Source of the DNA: an uncultured Pseudomonadota bacterium
GTDB lineage: Bacteria > Pseudomonadota > Alphaproteobacteria > JACZXZ01
DNA: 64,000 bases
Assembly: GCA_963749075.1 (NCBI GenBank)
Contig: CAVVLJ010000017.1
Location: 192,001-256,000 of the forward strand
Direction: 5' to 3'
Shown: piece by piece, positions 1-9,477 of the stretch
Position numbering within the stretch: position 1 is the first letter of the stretch
Layout of the letters: each line of letters begins with the position of its first letter
Program-made: the position numbers and the translations under genes
The notes under the pieces: model-generated
The model's input: only the letters and a program-made list of their open reading frames with translations
What the model was told of the DNA's origin: nothing
Databases searched by the model: none

Positions 1-720
1 CACCGTGGTCACCGCGTAGGTCTCGAAGAGGTCGGCCGCCATGCCGGCGCAGTCGCCCACGTTGTCGCCCACGTTGTCGGCGATCACCGCCGGGTTGCGC
101 GGATCGTCCTCGGGGATGCCGGCCTCGATCTTGCCCACGAGATCGGCGCCCACGTCGGCACCCTTGGTGAAGATGCCGCCGCCGAGCCGCGCGAAGATGG
201 AGATGAGCGAGGCGCCGAAGCTCAGCGCCACCAGCGCCTCGAGGACGGGGCGCGGATCGTCGCCGGGAAAGAGCTGGCGCAGGATGGCGTAATAGCCGGC
301 GACGCCGAGAATGCCGAGCCCGACCACGAGGAGCCCGGTCACGGCACCGGCGCGGAAGGCGAGCGCCAAGGCGGGGCCCAAGCCCCGGCGCGCCGCCTCG
401 GCCGTGCGCACGTTGGCGCGCACCGAGACGTTCATGCCGATATAGCCCGCGGCACCCGAGAGGATGGCGCCGATGAAATAGCCGAGTGCCACGTACCAAT
501 GCAGCAGCAGGCCCAGGATCACGCCGATGACGACGCCCACGATGGCGACCGTGGTGTATTGCCGGTTGAGATAGGCGCGCGCCCCCTCCTGGATGGCGGC
601 GGCGATCTCCTGCATGCGCGCGTTGCCCGGGCTCGCGGCCAACACCGAGCGCCTGGCGAAAAAGCCGTAGATCAGCGCCAGCACGCCGCATGCTAGCGCA
701 AATGGAATGGCGAGACTCAT
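1..720 (-). CDS. hppA: Membrane-bound H+/Na+-translocating pyrophosphatase, N-terminal part (runs off window start)
   Basis: Manual translation from ATG at 720: [19 protein letters not shown]...[20 protein letters not shown]...[54 protein letters not shown], the canonical M-PPase signature. Confidence 0.95.
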   Translation of the reverse strand, partial: MSLAIPFALACGVLALIYGFFARRSVLAASPGNARMQEIAAAIQEGARAYLNRQYTTVAIVGVVIGVILGLLLHWYVALGYFIGAILSGAAGYIGMNVSVRANVRTAEAARRGLGPALALAFRAGAVTGLLVVGLGILGVAGYYAILRQLFPGDDPRPVLEALVALSFGASLISIFARLGGGIFTKGADVGADLVGKIEAGIPEDDPRNPAVIADNVGDNVGDCAGMAADLFETYAVTTV

Positions 721-883
721 GGTCCTGGTCCCTTGTCATGCTAGGCGATGACCGCCCCGAGCGGGCGGCAGCCTGCGAAGGCCGCCGCTGCCCCCCGGCG
801 GTCCGCGAAACGGCGCGGACCATGCCAGAAAGGAGGCGGCGGCGCAACTCGCTTGCGAGCGGGCGGCCGGCCCCGGACGGCCC

Positions 884-2086
884 TCAGGCCGCCTGCGGCT
901 CCGGGCGCCGGCTGAGCCAGACGATGGCGCCGCCCGCGATCATGAGGCCGGGGAGGATGGCGAGGTTGACCGCGTGCCAGCCGAAGAGGTTCTGCAGCGC
1001 GCCCGAGCTGAAGGAGCCGAGGGCGACGACCGCGAAGACGAGCGTGTCGTTGAGCGCCTGGACCTTGGTCCGCTCGGGCGGTCGATAGGCGTAGGTTAGA
1101 AGCGTGGTGGCGCCCACGAAGAGACAGCTCCAGCCGAGGCCGAGCAGCAAGAGCGCCAGCCAGAAGTTGGCCACCGCCACGCCCATGAGGTTGGTCGCGA
1201 GACAGCCCAGCATGAGGACGACGCCGGCCAGCATGACGCGCCGCACGCCGAAGAACTGGATGAGACGCCCCATGAAGAAGGCCGGGGCGTACATGCCGAA
1301 GACGTGCCACTGGATGACGAATGCCGTGTCCGAGAAGGAATGGCCGCAATCGGCCATGGCGAGCGGCGTCGAGGTCATCACCGTCGACATGCCGCCGTAG
1401 CCGAGCGTGGCACCGAGCAGGGCCACCACGGCCGTGGGCTGGCGCAGGATCTCGCCGAGCGGCCGGCCGCTCTCCCTGCGCTCGGCGGCCGTGAGGCCGG
1501 GGACCTCGAGAAAACGGATCACCACGGCGGACGCAAGCGCGAGGCCTGCCAAGGCGACGAAGCTGCCCGCGAAGATGACCGGCAGCAGCAGGTCCTTGGC
1601 CCAGATGGCGAGCTCCGGCCCGCAGAAGGCGGCGACCACGCCGCCCGCGAGCACGTAGGAGATCGCCCGGCCGCGCGCACCCTCGCCCGCCGCCTCGGCG
1701 GCGGTGAAGCGGTAATACATGGCGAAGGCGTTGAAGCTGCCGATGAGGAGTGCTCCCGCGCAATAGAGCGGGAAGCTGCGCACGAGCAAGGCATAGGCGG
1801 AGACGAGGCCGCCCGCTGCCATGATGCCGGCCCCGATCGTGAAGCCGCCGCGCCGCCCGAGCCGGCGCATGAGGAAGGAGGCCGGGCTCGTGGCGACCAT
1901 GGTGGCGAGATACTGGAGCGCCATCGGCAGCGTCACCAGCGCGGGGTCGGCGGCGATGGTCGTGGCGGCGAGCGCCGTCGTCGTGGTGACGAGCGACATG
2001 CCCGTATTGGCAAGCGCCTGCAAGGCGAAGAGAAGATGCACGCTTTTGGGGAAGCGCGGGAGGGAGAGGCGCAACATCGGCCGCAC
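884..2086 (-). CDS. MFS transporter
   Basis: 400 aa, about 12 hydrophobic segments, MRRLGRRGGF loop motif, YYRFTAAE, HVFGMYAPAFF. Confidence 0.85.
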   Translation of the reverse strand: MRPMLRLSLPRFPKSVHLLFALQALANTGMSLVTTTTALAATTIAADPALVTLPMALQYLATMVATSPASFLMRRLGRRGGFTIGAGIMAAGGLVSAYALLVRSFPLYCAGALLIGSFNAFAMYYRFTAAEAAGEGARGRAISYVLAGGVVAAFCGPELAIWAKDLLLPVIFAGSFVALAGLALASAVVIRFLEVPGLTAAERRESGRPLGEILRQPTAVVALLGATLGYGGMSTVMTSTPLAMADCGHSFSDTAFVIQWHVFGMYAPAFFMGRLIQFFGVRRVMLAGVVLMLGCLATNLMGVAVANFWLALLLLGLGWSCLFVGATTLLTYAYRPPERTKVQALNDTLVFAVVALGSFSSGALQNLFGWHAVNLAILPGLMIAGGAIVWLSRRPEPQAA

Positions 2087-2171
2087 GATAGCACGGCCAT
2101 GGCAAGCGTAAAGGGCGCCGCCGTCCCTCCCTCTCGCGTAATCTGGAGAGGGGTCAAAGCGAACGCGACAT

Positions 2172-2231
2172 CCCCTCTCCCGCTCGCGGGAGAGGGAGGG
2201 GCCCAGCGCAAAGCGCTGGGAGGGTGAGGGA
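2172..2231. repeat. REP-like extragenic palindrome (CCCCTCTCCCG-N-CGGGAGAGGG...GGGAGGGTGAGGG family)
   Basis: Stem CCCTCTCCCGC/GCGGGAGAGGG plus second stem CCCAGCGC-AAA-GCGCTGGG; related copies at 24727 and 51306. Confidence 0.8.
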
Positions 2232-2238
2232 CCGCTCC

Positions 2239-2301
2239 CTGGAAATGCCGATAGCCCGCCCGCGCGAGCTTGATCTCGCGCACGGCCGCGTCGAAGACGC
2301 G
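2239..2301 (-). pseudogene. Relic duplicate of thiL 3' end
   Basis: Translates RVFDAAVREIKLARAGYRHF-Q versus thiL C-terminus RVLDEAGREVKLARTGYRHF*; stop TAG has become CAG. Confidence 0.8.
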
Positions 2302-2306
2302 GCCCC

Positions 2307-2480
2307 CTACGACCCGGTCGCCCCTACGACCGGCCAGACCGACGTTAGAACCCAGTTGGTGCCGTCGTCGGTGATCACGCTTGACGTTGCGCCTCCAGAG
2401 AGACGCGCCTGACGCTCCTTCTCGACCTTGCTCCCGGTGGGGTCCGCAGCCTTGGGAAATTTCTCGACGACCGTCGCCAT
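2307..2480 (-). CDS. Small hypothetical protein (57 aa, not in ORF track)
   Basis: GGAGGAGG Shine-Dalgarno directly after the upstream stop; MATVVEKFPKAADPTGSKVEKERQARLSGGATSSVITDDGTNWVLTSVWPVVGATGS*. Confidence 0.65.
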   Translation of the reverse strand: MATVVEKFPKAADPTGSKVEKERQARLSGGATSSVITDDGTNWVLTSVWPVVGATGS

Positions 2481-2490
2481 TGCCTCCTCC

Positions 2491-3462
2491 CTACTTATTC
2501 ACGACTTTCTCCACGATGCTCAGCGCATCGGTCCATTGCTTCATCGAGGCTGCGTCACGATCGTCATTGATTTGCCAGGCAAGCAAAACCTGTTTCGCAG
2601 CGTCGCCGTTGGTCAGCCATTGACCCTTCGGATCGATCGCCTTCACCAGATCCTGCAGCGACTTCGAGCGATTTTTGAGATCGTCTGCCATAATCTTGGC
2701 CAACGCCAGGGCCTGGGCAGCCGTCAGGGCCTTGAGGCGAGCCTGTATTGCCGTCGCGTCCGGCAATTTATTGAGAAACGAGGCATCCCGCGCGATGTTG
2801 ATGATTGCTTGCTGCGAGGTACTGGCCGATGCGCCCGCGTCATTGACGATGCCCGTGATGGCGTCGGGAATGCTGCCGGCCGTATCGTACGCGCCGAGAT
2901 CGACGAGCGCCTGGTCGAGGGAATAGTCCGCATCGGACTTGCCAAGGCCCGTCTTGATCGGCACCAACGCCTTGAGGCGGCCGGCTTCCATTGCGGCCAG
3001 CAGCGCCGGAATGGTCTTCTGGTAGAAGAGATCCTTGTCCACGACGCCCTCTGCCCCGACGATGCCGGCCGAGGCCGCGGCGAGCGCCGCCTTCGTCCCC
3101 GCGCCACCGGTCACGGCACCGGCGGCGTTCAGCCCGAGGACGACCCACTCCGACCCGATCGAGAAGGTGTTGTTGTCGCCCGCCAGCGCCTTCTCGAACT
3201 TCTTGAATTCGATGTCGTAGGCGCGCAGCCGGCCGTAGACGACCTCATCGCGGATGTGCTTGCGCAGCACAGCATCGGTCGAGTCGTGATAGTTGGTCAC
3301 GAGATCCGGCGCAAAATATTTCTGGAGTGATGCGAGCTCGGCATCGGGATCGGCGGGCTCCGGCGGATAGCCGCTGAGGCTCGAGCAAGCCGCCAGGACC
3401 GCGCACAAGATCAACGTCGCGAAGGCGCGATGCCCCCTGCCGCTGACAGCGTCTCGAAGCAT
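2491..3462 (-). CDS. Hypothetical lipoprotein
   Basis: Likely start MLRDAVSG (ATG 3462); signal peptide with lipobox LAAC; Gly/Ala-rich hydrophobic hairpin (VVLGLNAAGAVTGG...AALAAASAGIVG); AT-richer upstream region. Confidence 0.75.
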   Translation of the reverse strand: MLRDAVSGRGHRAFATLILCAVLAACSSLSGYPPEPADPDAELASLQKYFAPDLVTNYHDSTDAVLRKHIRDEVVYGRLRAYDIEFKKFEKALAGDNNTFSIGSEWVVLGLNAAGAVTGGAGTKAALAAASAGIVGAEGVVDKDLFYQKTIPALLAAMEAGRLKALVPIKTGLGKSDADYSLDQALVDLGAYDTAGSIPDAITGIVNDAGASASTSQQAIINIARDASFLNKLPDATAIQARLKALTAAQALALAKIMADDLKNRSKSLQDLVKAIDPKGQWLTNGDAAKQVLLAWQINDDRDAASMKQWTDALSIVEKVVNK

Positions 3463-3705
3463 GGTCTGTCCCCTGCCTAGACGTATGTACCATCCCGCGC
3501 TGAAGCCGATTGGCACGGACCTCAGCGAGGACCCCCCACTTCTTGGCGCTATCTTTGTTAGAATATCGCTCACTGTTATACAATAATTGAGAATTATCAT
3601 TTTCTCGGCATGGTGGCAATGCGGACGTTTTCTCGATCTCAGCTGGCGGCGGCAGTACGGATCACGCCGAGACGCCGGGCGTCCGATCGCCGGAAGCATG
3701 GCGCG

Positions 3706-4722
3706 CTAGAAATGCCGGTAGCCCGTCCGCGCGAGCTTGACCTCGCGGCCGGCCTCGTCGAGGACGCGCACGCCGGCACCGCGCCCGATCCTGCCGATGC
3801 GCGTGAGCGGCAGGCCGAGCCTGCGGCCGAGCCGCGCGAGTGCCGTCTCCGCAGCCGGCGGGGCGGTGAAGAGGAGCTCGTAGTCGTCGCCGCCCGCGAG
3901 CACGCTCTCGACGAGGCCGCCGTCGCTCGCGAGCGCTGCCCGCGCGGCGGGCGAGAGCGGCACGGCTGCGGCCTCGAGCGCGGCGCCCACCCGGGAGGCA
4001 GCGCAAATGTGCTGGAGATCGCCCACGAGCCCGTCGGAGATGTCCATGGTCGCGTGCGCGAGCCCGTAGAGGCGCCGGCCGAGGGCGAGGCGCGGCTGCG
4101 GCAGGCGGTAGCGCCCCGCGAGGAAGCGGCGCGCGGCGGCGGCGAGCGCGCCCAGCTCGCCGCGGATGGCCTTGAGGCCGAGTGCTGCGTCCCCGATGGT
4201 GCCCGAGACGAAGATGCCGTCGCCGCGTCGCGCCGCCGAGCGCAGCAAGCGCTTGCCCGCGGGAATGGCGCCGATGGCGGTGAGCGAGAGCGTGAGCGGC
4301 CCTGGCGTCGCGTCCGTGTCGCCCCCGGCAAGGCGGATGCCGAACTCCTCCTGGTCGGCGGCGAGCCCTGCGGCGAAGCGGCGGAGCCAGCCGTAATCGA
4401 GCTCCGCCGGCAGCATCATGGCGAGCGTATAGACGAGCGGCCGGGCACCCTTGGCGGCGAGGTCGGAGAGATTGACGCGCAGGAGCTTCTGCGCCACGAG
4501 CTTCGCCGGATCGTCGGTGAGGAAATGCACGCCGGCAACGAGCGCGTCGGTCTTGAGCACGAGCTCCTCGCCCGCGCGCACCAGGCCGCCGGCCAAAGCG
4601 AGATAGGCGACATCGTCGGTGAGCCCGTAGGCGCCGGCAAAGCCGCGCGCGAGCGGTGCGAAGAGGCGGGCGATGAGCTCGAACTCACCCGGCCGGTGCT
4701 GAGCCTGCTTCGCTCTTGCCAC
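3706..4722 (-). CDS. thiL: Thiamine-monophosphate kinase
   Basis: GEFELIARLF, DDVA, VNLSDLAAKGARP, GGDT, MDISDGL, GGDDYELLFT motifs; follows nusB. Confidence 0.95.
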   Translation of the reverse strand: MARAKQAQHRPGEFELIARLFAPLARGFAGAYGLTDDVAYLALAGGLVRAGEELVLKTDALVAGVHFLTDDPAKLVAQKLLRVNLSDLAAKGARPLVYTLAMMLPAELDYGWLRRFAAGLAADQEEFGIRLAGGDTDATPGPLTLSLTAIGAIPAGKRLLRSAARRGDGIFVSGTIGDAALGLKAIRGELGALAAAARRFLAGRYRLPQPRLALGRRLYGLAHATMDISDGLVGDLQHICAASRVGAALEAAAVPLSPAARAALASDGGLVESVLAGGDDYELLFTAPPAAETALARLGRRLGLPLTRIGRIGRGAGVRVLDEAGREVKLARTGYRHF

Positions 4723-5230
4723 CCTTCACCTCGCCCATCTCCGCCGGGCGCAGGATGCGCGCCAGGCGATCGAGCACGCCGTTCACCATGCCGACCTCCT
4801 TGACCGCGAGAAAGGCGTGGGCCACGTCGACATATTCGTTGATCACCGCGCGCGCCGGCACCGTCGGGCGATGCATGAGCTCGTAGGCGCCCGCGCGCAG
4901 CACCGCCGCCATCACCTTCTCGATGCGCGCAAGCGGCCAATCCGCGACGAGCAGGCTTGCGATCATGGCGTCGAGCTCGGGCCGCGCCTCGGCCACGCCG
5001 CGCACGAGGGCGGCGAAGAGCGCCATGTCAGTCTCGAGCGCGTGGCCGCCGTCCTCGAGCTCGGCGCCGCCGCGGTGGCCGAGGAACTCGGCCACCACCG
5101 TCCCGGCCGTCTCGCCCGACATTTCGAGCTGGTAGATGGCCTGCACCGCGGCGAGCCGCGCCGAGCTCAGCACGCGCGCCGATGTGGCTGAAGTCGCCGC
5201 CGGGGCTTGCCGGTCCTGGCGCGCGGCCAT
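4685..5230 (-). CDS. nusB: Transcription antitermination factor NusB
   Basis: SARLAAVQAIYQ, LRAGAYEL, VINEYVDVA, VNGVLDRLAR; ribH-nusB-thiL synteny. Confidence 0.95.
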   Translation of the reverse strand: MAARQDRQAPAATSATSARVLSSARLAAVQAIYQLEMSGETAGTVVAEFLGHRGGAELEDGGHALETDMALFAALVRGVAEARPELDAMIASLLVADWPLARIEKVMAAVLRAGAYELMHRPTVPARAVINEYVDVAHAFLAVKEVGMVNGVLDRLARILRPAEMGEVKGGKSEAGSAPAG

Positions 5231-5234
5231 GACG

Positions 5235-5699
5235 CTACGGCCGCCCGCGCCCGAGCCGGCGCTTCAGCGCCAGCATCTCCAGGCAGGCACGCGCCGCCTG
5301 GGCGCCCTTGTTCTGCCCGTCGAGGGAGGCGCGCGCCCACGCCTGCTCGCGATTGTCGCAGGTAAGCAGGCCGAAGCCGAGCGCCAGCGCATGCTCGAGC
5401 GCAAGCGCCTGCAAGCCGCGCGCGCACTCGCCGCAGATGAGATCGTAATGGCTGGTCTCGCCGCGGATGACGCAGCCGAGCGCCACGAAGCCGTCGAAGG
5501 CGCCTGCCGCACCTCTCGGTCCGCTGGGGGAAAGCGCGTATTTGATCGCCGCCGGGATCTCGAAGGCGCCCGGCACGGCGAAGCGCTCGTAGGAGGCGCC
5601 CGCCGCCTCGAGCACGGCCACGGCGCCGCGGCAGAGCTCGTCGGCGATGTCCGCGTAGTAGCGCGCCTCCACGATCATGACGTGCGCTCGCTCGGCCAT
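5235..5699 (-). CDS. ribH: 6,7-dimethyl-8-ribityllumazine synthase
   Basis: VPGAFEIP, ALGCVIRGETSHYD, NKGAQAA motifs. Confidence 0.95.
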   Translation of the reverse strand: MAERAHVMIVEARYYADIADELCRGAVAVLEAAGASYERFAVPGAFEIPAAIKYALSPSGPRGAAGAFDGFVALGCVIRGETSHYDLICGECARGLQALALEHALALGFGLLTCDNREQAWARASLDGQNKGAQAARACLEMLALKRRLGRGRP

Positions 5700-6818
5700 T
5701 CAGTCCTCGTGGAGCGGGATGGGGCGCTGCTCGGCCACGGTGAGGCCGTAGCCCTCGAGCCCGACGATGGTTCGCTTGGTGTTCGAGAGGAGGATCATAG
5801 TCCTGATGCCGAGATCGAGCAAAATCTGCGCGCCGACGCCGTAGTCCCTGAGCCCGCTCGGCCGGTTCTCGGCGCCCGCCGCGCGCGCGGTCACGGAATC
5901 CGAGACGCTCGTCGCCCGCGGCTCGCGGATGAGCACGACGACGCCGCGGCCGGCCTCGGCGATCATGCGCATGGAGGCCTCGAGCTCGCCGCCGCGGCCG
6001 CCCGAGCGCTCTCCCAGCGCATCGTGCAGCACGTCGAGCGCGTGCATGCGCACGAGCGGGGGGGCACCCTCCGCGGGATCGCCGCGCACGAGGGCGATGT
6101 GCTCGGCATAGGCCACCTTGTTGACGTAGACGATCATGCGGAACTCGCCGCCGTAGCGGCTCCTGATCACCGTCTCGGCGCCGCGCTGGACGATGCGGTC
6201 GTTGCGCAGGCGATAGGCGATGAGGTCGGCGATCTTGGCGACCTTGAGGCCGTGGAACTGGGCGAAGCGGATGAGGTCGGGCATGCGCGCCATGCTGCCG
6301 TCCTCGTTCATGATCTCGCAGACCACGCCCGACGGATTGAGCCCGGCGAGGCGCGCGAGATCGACCGCCGCCTCGGTGTGGCCGGCGCGCACGAGCACGC
6401 CGCCGTCGCGCGCCAAGAGCGGGAAGATGTGGCCCGGCGTGACGATGTCCTCCTTGCCCTTGGCCGGGTCGATCGCCACCGCGATGGTGCGCGCGCGGTC
6501 GGGCGCCGAGATGCCGGTCGAGACGCCGGTGCGCGCCTCGATCGACACCGTGAAGGCCGTCTGGTGGCGCGAGGCGTGGTGCTGCGGCATGAGCGGCAGG
6601 CCGAGGTGCTCGACGCGCTCGCGCGTGAGCGCCAGGCAGACGAGGCCGCGGCCGTGCTTGGCCATGAAATTGATCGCCTCGGGGGTCGCCATCTGCGCCG
6701 GGACGACGAGATCGCCCTCGTTCTCCCGGCTCTCGTCGTCGACCAGGATGAACATGCGGCCGTTGCGGCCCTCGTTGATGATCTCGTCGATCGAGGAGAG
6801 GAATTTGCTGTCGGGCAA
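5700..6818 (-). CDS. ribB: 3,4-dihydroxy-2-butanone-4-phosphate synthase fused to a degenerate GTP cyclohydrolase II-like domain (RibBX type)
   Basis: DDESRENEGD, TAFTVSIEA, PGHIFPL, RAGHTEA; C-terminal domain PLVRMHALD lacks the Zn-binding Cys residues. Confidence 0.92.
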   Translation of the reverse strand: MPDSKFLSSIDEIINEGRNGRMFILVDDESRENEGDLVVPAQMATPEAINFMAKHGRGLVCLALTRERVEHLGLPLMPQHHASRHQTAFTVSIEARTGVSTGISAPDRARTIAVAIDPAKGKEDIVTPGHIFPLLARDGGVLVRAGHTEAAVDLARLAGLNPSGVVCEIMNEDGSMARMPDLIRFAQFHGLKVAKIADLIAYRLRNDRIVQRGAETVIRSRYGGEFRMIVYVNKVAYAEHIALVRGDPAEGAPPLVRMHALDVLHDALGERSGGRGGELEASMRMIAEAGRGVVVLIREPRATSVSDSVTARAAGAENRPSGLRDYGVGAQILLDLGIRTMILLSNTKRTIVGLEGYGLTVAEQRPIPLHED

Positions 6819-6821
6819 GGC

Positions 6822-7415
6822 TCAGCTCCTCCCGAGCATCCGCGCGACATAGCGCGCGAGCGTGTCGACCTCGAGGTTGACCCGGTCGCCTGCCTTCGCC
6901 TCGCCGAAACTGGTGACGCGCCGCGTGTGGTCGATGATGTTGACTCCGAACGAGCTGCCCTCGACCTCGTTCACGGTGAGCGAGACGCCGTCGAGCGCCA
7001 GCGAGCCCTTGGAGGCGACGAAGCGCGCGAGTGCCTCCGGCAGCGTGACGGCGAAGCGCAGGCTGCCGCCCTCGGGCGTGATGCGCGCGATCTCGGCCAC
7101 CCCGTCCACGTGGCCGCTCACGAGATGGCCGCCGAGCTCGTCGCCGAGGCGGAGCGCCTGCTCGAGGTTGACGGCGCGGCCGGGGCGCCACTCTCCGAGC
7201 GTGGTGCGCAGGAGCGTCTCTCCCGAGGCCTCGGCCGCGAACCAGCCGGGCCCCTTGTCGACCACGGTCAGGCAGACGCCGGAGCAGGCGATCGAGGCGC
7301 CGGCCGCCACGCGCGCCATGTCGTAGGCGGTCGCGAAGGTGAAGCGCGTATCGCCGCTCGACGCCCGCTCGGCAGCACTGAGCCGCCCGAGATCGGTGAT
7401 GATGCCCGTGAACAT
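6822..7415 (-). CDS. ribE: Riboflavin synthase (alpha chain)
   Basis: MFTGII, SIACSGVCLTV, GGHLVSGHVDG, VNLEVD. Confidence 0.95.
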   Translation of the reverse strand: MFTGIITDLGRLSAAERASSGDTRFTFATAYDMARVAAGASIACSGVCLTVVDKGPGWFAAEASGETLLRTTLGEWRPGRAVNLEQALRLGDELGGHLVSGHVDGVAEIARITPEGGSLRFAVTLPEALARFVASKGSLALDGVSLTVNEVEGSSFGVNIIDHTRRVTSFGEAKAGDRVNLEVDTLARYVARMLGRS

Positions 7416-7520
7416 GGCGCTATCTTTAGAAGGTGGCGCCGGAAATGGCTATAGGGTCGATCGCAGCGCGGCCGAAGGCGATTACCGTGCCAAGCAGGGA
7501 GCGGCGTCCGCAATCTCAAC

Positions 7521-7775
7521 CTAAGAAGACGGCGCGGGAGAGAGCTCGAGCCGCTGCACGATGCGGTCGAGGCGAAATTCGATGCGGTCGAGGCGCGCGG
7601 ATTGCCCGGCGAAATCCGCACGCAGATGGCCAACGCCGAGATGGAGCTGCGCCACCTGGCCCTCGGCAGAAGTCACCCGGTGCTGCAGGTCGCCGAGCCT
7701 TTCGCGGTTCTCGTCGACCGAACGACGAATGTGCCGGAGGTGCTCGATCGCCACATTGCCAAGCTCATCGGCCAT
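7521..7775 (-). CDS. Small coiled-coil hypothetical protein
   Basis: MADELGNVAIEHLRHIR...RLDRIEFRLDRIVQRLEL heptad pattern; co-oriented between ribD and ribE (alternative start 7802). Confidence 0.65.
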   Translation of the reverse strand: MADELGNVAIEHLRHIRRSVDENRERLGDLQHRVTSAEGQVAQLHLGVGHLRADFAGQSARLDRIEFRLDRIVQRLELSPAPSS

Positions 7776-7878
7776 ACTCGTGACCGGCGCATGCTCGATC
7801 ATGGCAAGCTAAGCGATCTGCGGCTTGCGAGCAAGGCCGCCCGGGCGGTTTTGGCTCGCCCGTTGGCGCTCGATCGGC

Positions 7879-8994
7879 TCAATCCGCGCGTGCGTAGCAT
7901 TCGAGCACGTCGGCGCCGCAGGGGACGAGCGACAGGCGCTTGAAGCGAGGGGCGTCTGCGAGCTTCTCGATGCCGAGGCCGGCGGCGGCGGGCAGGCCGT
8001 CGCCGCCGAGCACGGCCCCGGCGCGGAACCACGCGATGCGGTCGACGAGCCCGTCCTTGAGGAAGGCCGCGGCGAGCTGGCTGCCGCCCTCGAGGAGGAG
8101 GCGCGTGATGCCGCGCCTGGCGAGCTCGGCCAGGGCCGGGCCTAAACTCGGGCGGTCCCCCTCCCCCGGCTCGACCATGATCACCTCGACGCCGGCGTCC
8201 GCCAGCACGGAGCTGCGCTCCTCGGAGGCGTCCCGGCGCGTGACGAACCACGTCGGCACCTCCTTGGCGGTCGCGACGAGCCGGCTCGTGAGCGGCAGGC
8301 GCAGGCGGCCGTCCACCACGATGCGCACCGGCGAGGCGCCCTTGAGGCCGGGGATGCGGCAGGTGAGCTCGGGATCGTCGCTCATCGCGGTGCCGATGCC
8401 GACCGCGACCGCGTCGTGCGTTGCGCGTAAGAGGTGCGCGCGGGCGCGCGCAGGCTCGCCAGTGATCCAGCGGCTTTCGCCGGCGTGGGTCGCAATCTTG
8501 CCGTCGAGCGTCGTCGCCGTCTTCCAGGTGACGAGCGGGCGTCCCTCGCGGATGCGCATGAGGTAGCCGGCGTTGAGCTCGGCCGCCTCCTCGCGCGCGA
8601 GCCCGAGCGAGACCGCGATACCGGCCGCCTTGAGCCTGGCGATGCCGCTGCCGGAGACGCGCGGGTCGGGATCCTCGAGGGCGACGACCGCGCGCGCGAT
8701 GCCCGCGGCTACGAGGGCGTCAGCACATGGCGGCGTGCGGCCGTGGTGGCTGCAGGGCTCGAGCGTGACATAGGCCGTGGCCCCGCGCGCGGCATCGCCC
8801 GCGCGCACGAGCGCCTCGCTCTCGGCGTGCGGCCGCCCGCCCGCCTGGGTCCAGCCGCGGCCAACGACGCGGCCCTCGCGCACGAGGACGCAGCCGACCG
8901 CCGGGTTCGGCCATACGCGGCCGAGGCCGCGCCGGGCGAGCCCGAGTGCCGCCGCCATGAAGGAAAGGTCGGCCGCGTTATTCGCTGTCGCCAC
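7879..8994 (-). CDS. ribD: Diaminohydroxyphosphoribosylaminopyrimidine deaminase/reductase
   Basis: [30 protein letters not shown]. Confidence 0.96.
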   Translation of the reverse strand: MATANNAADLSFMAAALGLARRGLGRVWPNPAVGCVLVREGRVVGRGWTQAGGRPHAESEALVRAGDAARGATAYVTLEPCSHHGRTPPCADALVAAGIARAVVALEDPDPRVSGSGIARLKAAGIAVSLGLAREEAAELNAGYLMRIREGRPLVTWKTATTLDGKIATHAGESRWITGEPARARAHLLRATHDAVAVGIGTAMSDDPELTCRIPGLKGASPVRIVVDGRLRLPLTSRLVATAKEVPTWFVTRRDASEERSSVLADAGVEVIMVEPGEGDRPSLGPALAELARRGITRLLLEGGSQLAAAFLKDGLVDRIAWFRAGAVLGGDGLPAAAGLGIEKLADAPRFKRLSLVPCGADVLECYARAD

Positions 8995-9436
8995 TCAGCT
9001 GCTCGACGAAATCCTCGAAGTCCTTGGCCTCGCGGAAGTTGCGGTAGACCGAGGCGAAGCGGACGTAGGCCACGGGATCGAGCGAGCGTAGCGCGTCCAT
9101 GACGATCTCGCCGATGGTCTCCGAGCGGATGTCGCTCTCGCCCGAGCTCTCGAGCCGGCGCACGATGCCGTTGACGATGCGCTCGACGCGCTCGGGATCG
9201 ACCGGGCGCTTGCGGCAGGCGACCTGGATCGAGCGCACGAGCTTGTCGCGCTCGAACGGCACGCGCTGGCCGTTCTTCTTCACCACCATGAGCTCGCGCA
9301 GCTGCACGCGCTCGAAGGTGGTGAAGCGCGAGCCGCAGGCCGGACAGAAGCGCCGGCGCCTGATCGCGGCATTATCCTCGGTGGGCCGCGAATCCTTCAC
9401 CTGGGTGTCCTCGTGGCCGCAGAACGGACAGCGCAT
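8978..9436 (-). CDS. nrdR: Transcriptional repressor NrdR
   Basis: MRCPFC...VKDSR...[25 protein letters not shown]. Confidence 0.97.
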   Translation of the reverse strand: MRCPFCGHEDTQVKDSRPTEDNAAIRRRRFCPACGSRFTTFERVQLRELMVVKKNGQRVPFERDKLVRSIQVACRKRPVDPERVERIVNGIVRRLESSGESDIRSETIGEIVMDALRSLDPVAYVRFASVYRNFREAKDFEDFVEQLSGDSE

Positions 9437-9477
9437 GACCCCTCATCCCCCCTCTGTTGCGAGCCCCCCTCGCGGGC

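Noticed and set aside
7416-7520. FMN riboswitch upstream of rib genes
   Set aside because: No AGGGCGGGG/AATTCCCGACCG-type RFN consensus seen here or upstream of ribD/nrdR
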